From Callorhinchus milii (lineage: Eukaryota), in NCBI RefSeq assembly GCF_018977255.1, contig NW_024704743.1, positions 10,976,001 to 11,040,000 of the forward strand: 64,000 bases of DNA. Reading direction: 5' to 3'. The notes beneath the pieces were generated by a model. It had not been told where the DNA came from. It saw nothing but the letters and a program-made list of their open reading frames with translations, and did not search any database. Every line of letters begins with the position of its first letter. The stretch's first letter is position 1. The position numbers and the translations under genes were made by a program. Shown in pieces: positions 62,521 to 64,000 of this stretch.

Positions 62521-63320
62521 TGTTGAATATCCTTTTAGAAAATAAAGACCATTTAACTAGGACTAATGAAAGGGGATCAGGAGGTAGAAAAGGAGGTAGC
62601 AGGGAGAACTGACTAGAGGGATTTTGGTTGGATTCTTTGATTTGTAACTTGTGAGCTGAGAATAAAAGAGATAAAAGATTTTGAGATGAGGAGGAAATTT
62701 TTTTAGAAAAAGGGATCTGATATCAAGGTAAGCCTGAAAGGAAATTAAGAAAAGGACAGGCAAAAGCCTAGGTTTTTCCCTGTTTAGGGAAACTCAGATA
62801 AATATTTTTTTGGCTAGACATGGGGGGAAATAAATAGGAGTGGAAAGGGGAAGGAGAGGAGAGAGAAGGTCACCAGTGTGAAAGTAGGAGAAATAGTTGA
62901 GGATATGGTGTAGGAAAGCACCAATGGATATACTGGGTATAGAATGAGAAATACAAGTGAAAATGTCAGGGAAGCTGAAAGAAGAGTGGGGCAAAAGTAA
63001 TGGTAGCAGTGAGAGGAGAAATTGTGGTGGAAAAAAGAGAAGTGCAATCAGACGAGAAGGGCAAAGGAGAGGAAAGTGAGACTGAAAAAGTGGTGAGGAA
63101 AAGAGAATTGGAGAAAAGTGAGAAAGCTGCAGCGAAGCAGTGTGGGGAAATAGCAGAGAAGAATAGATGGGGGAGTGGAAATAAGATGGCGGCAAGTGGA
63201 GTGAAAAGTGGATGATGGCGAAGATGCAGCAGGAAGCCACGATGATGTGGTGGGAAGCTGTGAGGCTACGGCAGGAAGTCGTGAGGCCGATAAGGCAGGA
63301 CATGGCGGAAACAAGAAGAA
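62521..63320. repeat. Purine-rich unclassified element; its first ~150 bp recurs at 37946-38095
   Basis: Shared TGTTG.ATA.C.TT..AGAAATAA.GACC start and TTGGTTGGATT..TTGA.TTGTAACTTGTGAGCTGAGAATAA. Confidence 0.6.
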
Positions 63321-63321
63321 G

Positions 63322-64000
63322 AACAACAACAACCTCAAGATTGCAGTTGTATAGTGCCTTTCACATCAGGAGGATGTCCCAAGGTGCTGGACAGTGCACA
63401 GCATTTCAGATCCGAGTTGGGATTAGGGGGTAGAAGGGCAGGGAGGGGAAGGGGGATGGCTGAAGAGGAGGGTTTTAAGGCGGGACTTGAAGGAGGCTAA
63501 GGAGGGGGTGAGGTGGAGTGATTGGGGGATGGAATTCCAGAAGTTGAGAGCAGAGTGGCTGAAGGCTCTCCTGCCAATGGTGGGGCAGGTGTGACGGGGG
63601 ACGCAGAGCAGGCCAGAGCCAGCTGAGCGGAGAGAATGGGTGGGTTGGTAGGGGGTTAGGAGGGCGCAGAGGTAGGGTGGGGCGAGGCCATGGAGGGCTT
63701 TGTAGGTGAGGACCAGGATGTTGAACTGGATCGTCTGAAGGATAGGGAGCCAATGGAGTCATGCGAGAATCGGGGGATGGGGTCATGGAGTTTGGTGCGG
63801 GAGAGGACACGGGCTGCAGAGTTCTGGATTATCTGCAGCCTGTGGAGGGAGGAGTTGGGAAGGCAGACAAGCAGGGTGTTTGCATAGTCGAGCCTGGAGG
63901 TGATGAAGGCATGAACAAGAGTTTTAGCAGCCTGAGGGGTGAGGTAGTGGTGGAGTCGGGCAATGTTACGGAGGTGAGGGAAGGCAGAGCGGGTCATGGC
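63322..64000 (-). mobile_element. L2 3' fragment, continuing past the window edge
   Basis: HLRNIARL..LVHAFITSRLDYANTLL..IQNSAARVL and the L2 tail. Confidence 0.92.

Noticed and set aside
62794..63338. Overlapping 70-170 aa ORFs
   Set aside because: Products of purine/pyrimidine strand bias; low-complexity translations.

Overview
Repeat-dense, non-coding (intronic or intergenic) vertebrate DNA. The repeat repertoire points to a cartilaginous fish, possibly a holocephalan; this is inferred from the repeats only. I see no recognisable host protein-coding gene. Every long ORF is a fragment of a CR1 or L2 LINE, or a shadow frame of one. Contents: two near-full-length decayed CR1 elements (1.8-5.2 kb +, 39.0-42.7 kb -); one near-full-length L2 (11.2-15.2 kb -) and many L2 3' fragments; two tRNA-headed SINE families (CORE-like and Deu/SacSINE1-like) that share an L2-type 3' tail; a TG..CA LTR-like insert with a 4-bp TSD; two Penelope-like terminal fragments, one with an intact minimal hammerhead ribozyme core; an unclassified ~500-bp dispersed repeat; and several repeat-free, CNE-like islands. 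I found no convincing novel multi-gene system. The best leads are the hammerhead motif, the nested LTR-like insert, the SINE/LINE module sharing and the pairs of repeat copies that share private lesions. Repeat boundaries are approximate unless a TSD is quoted.
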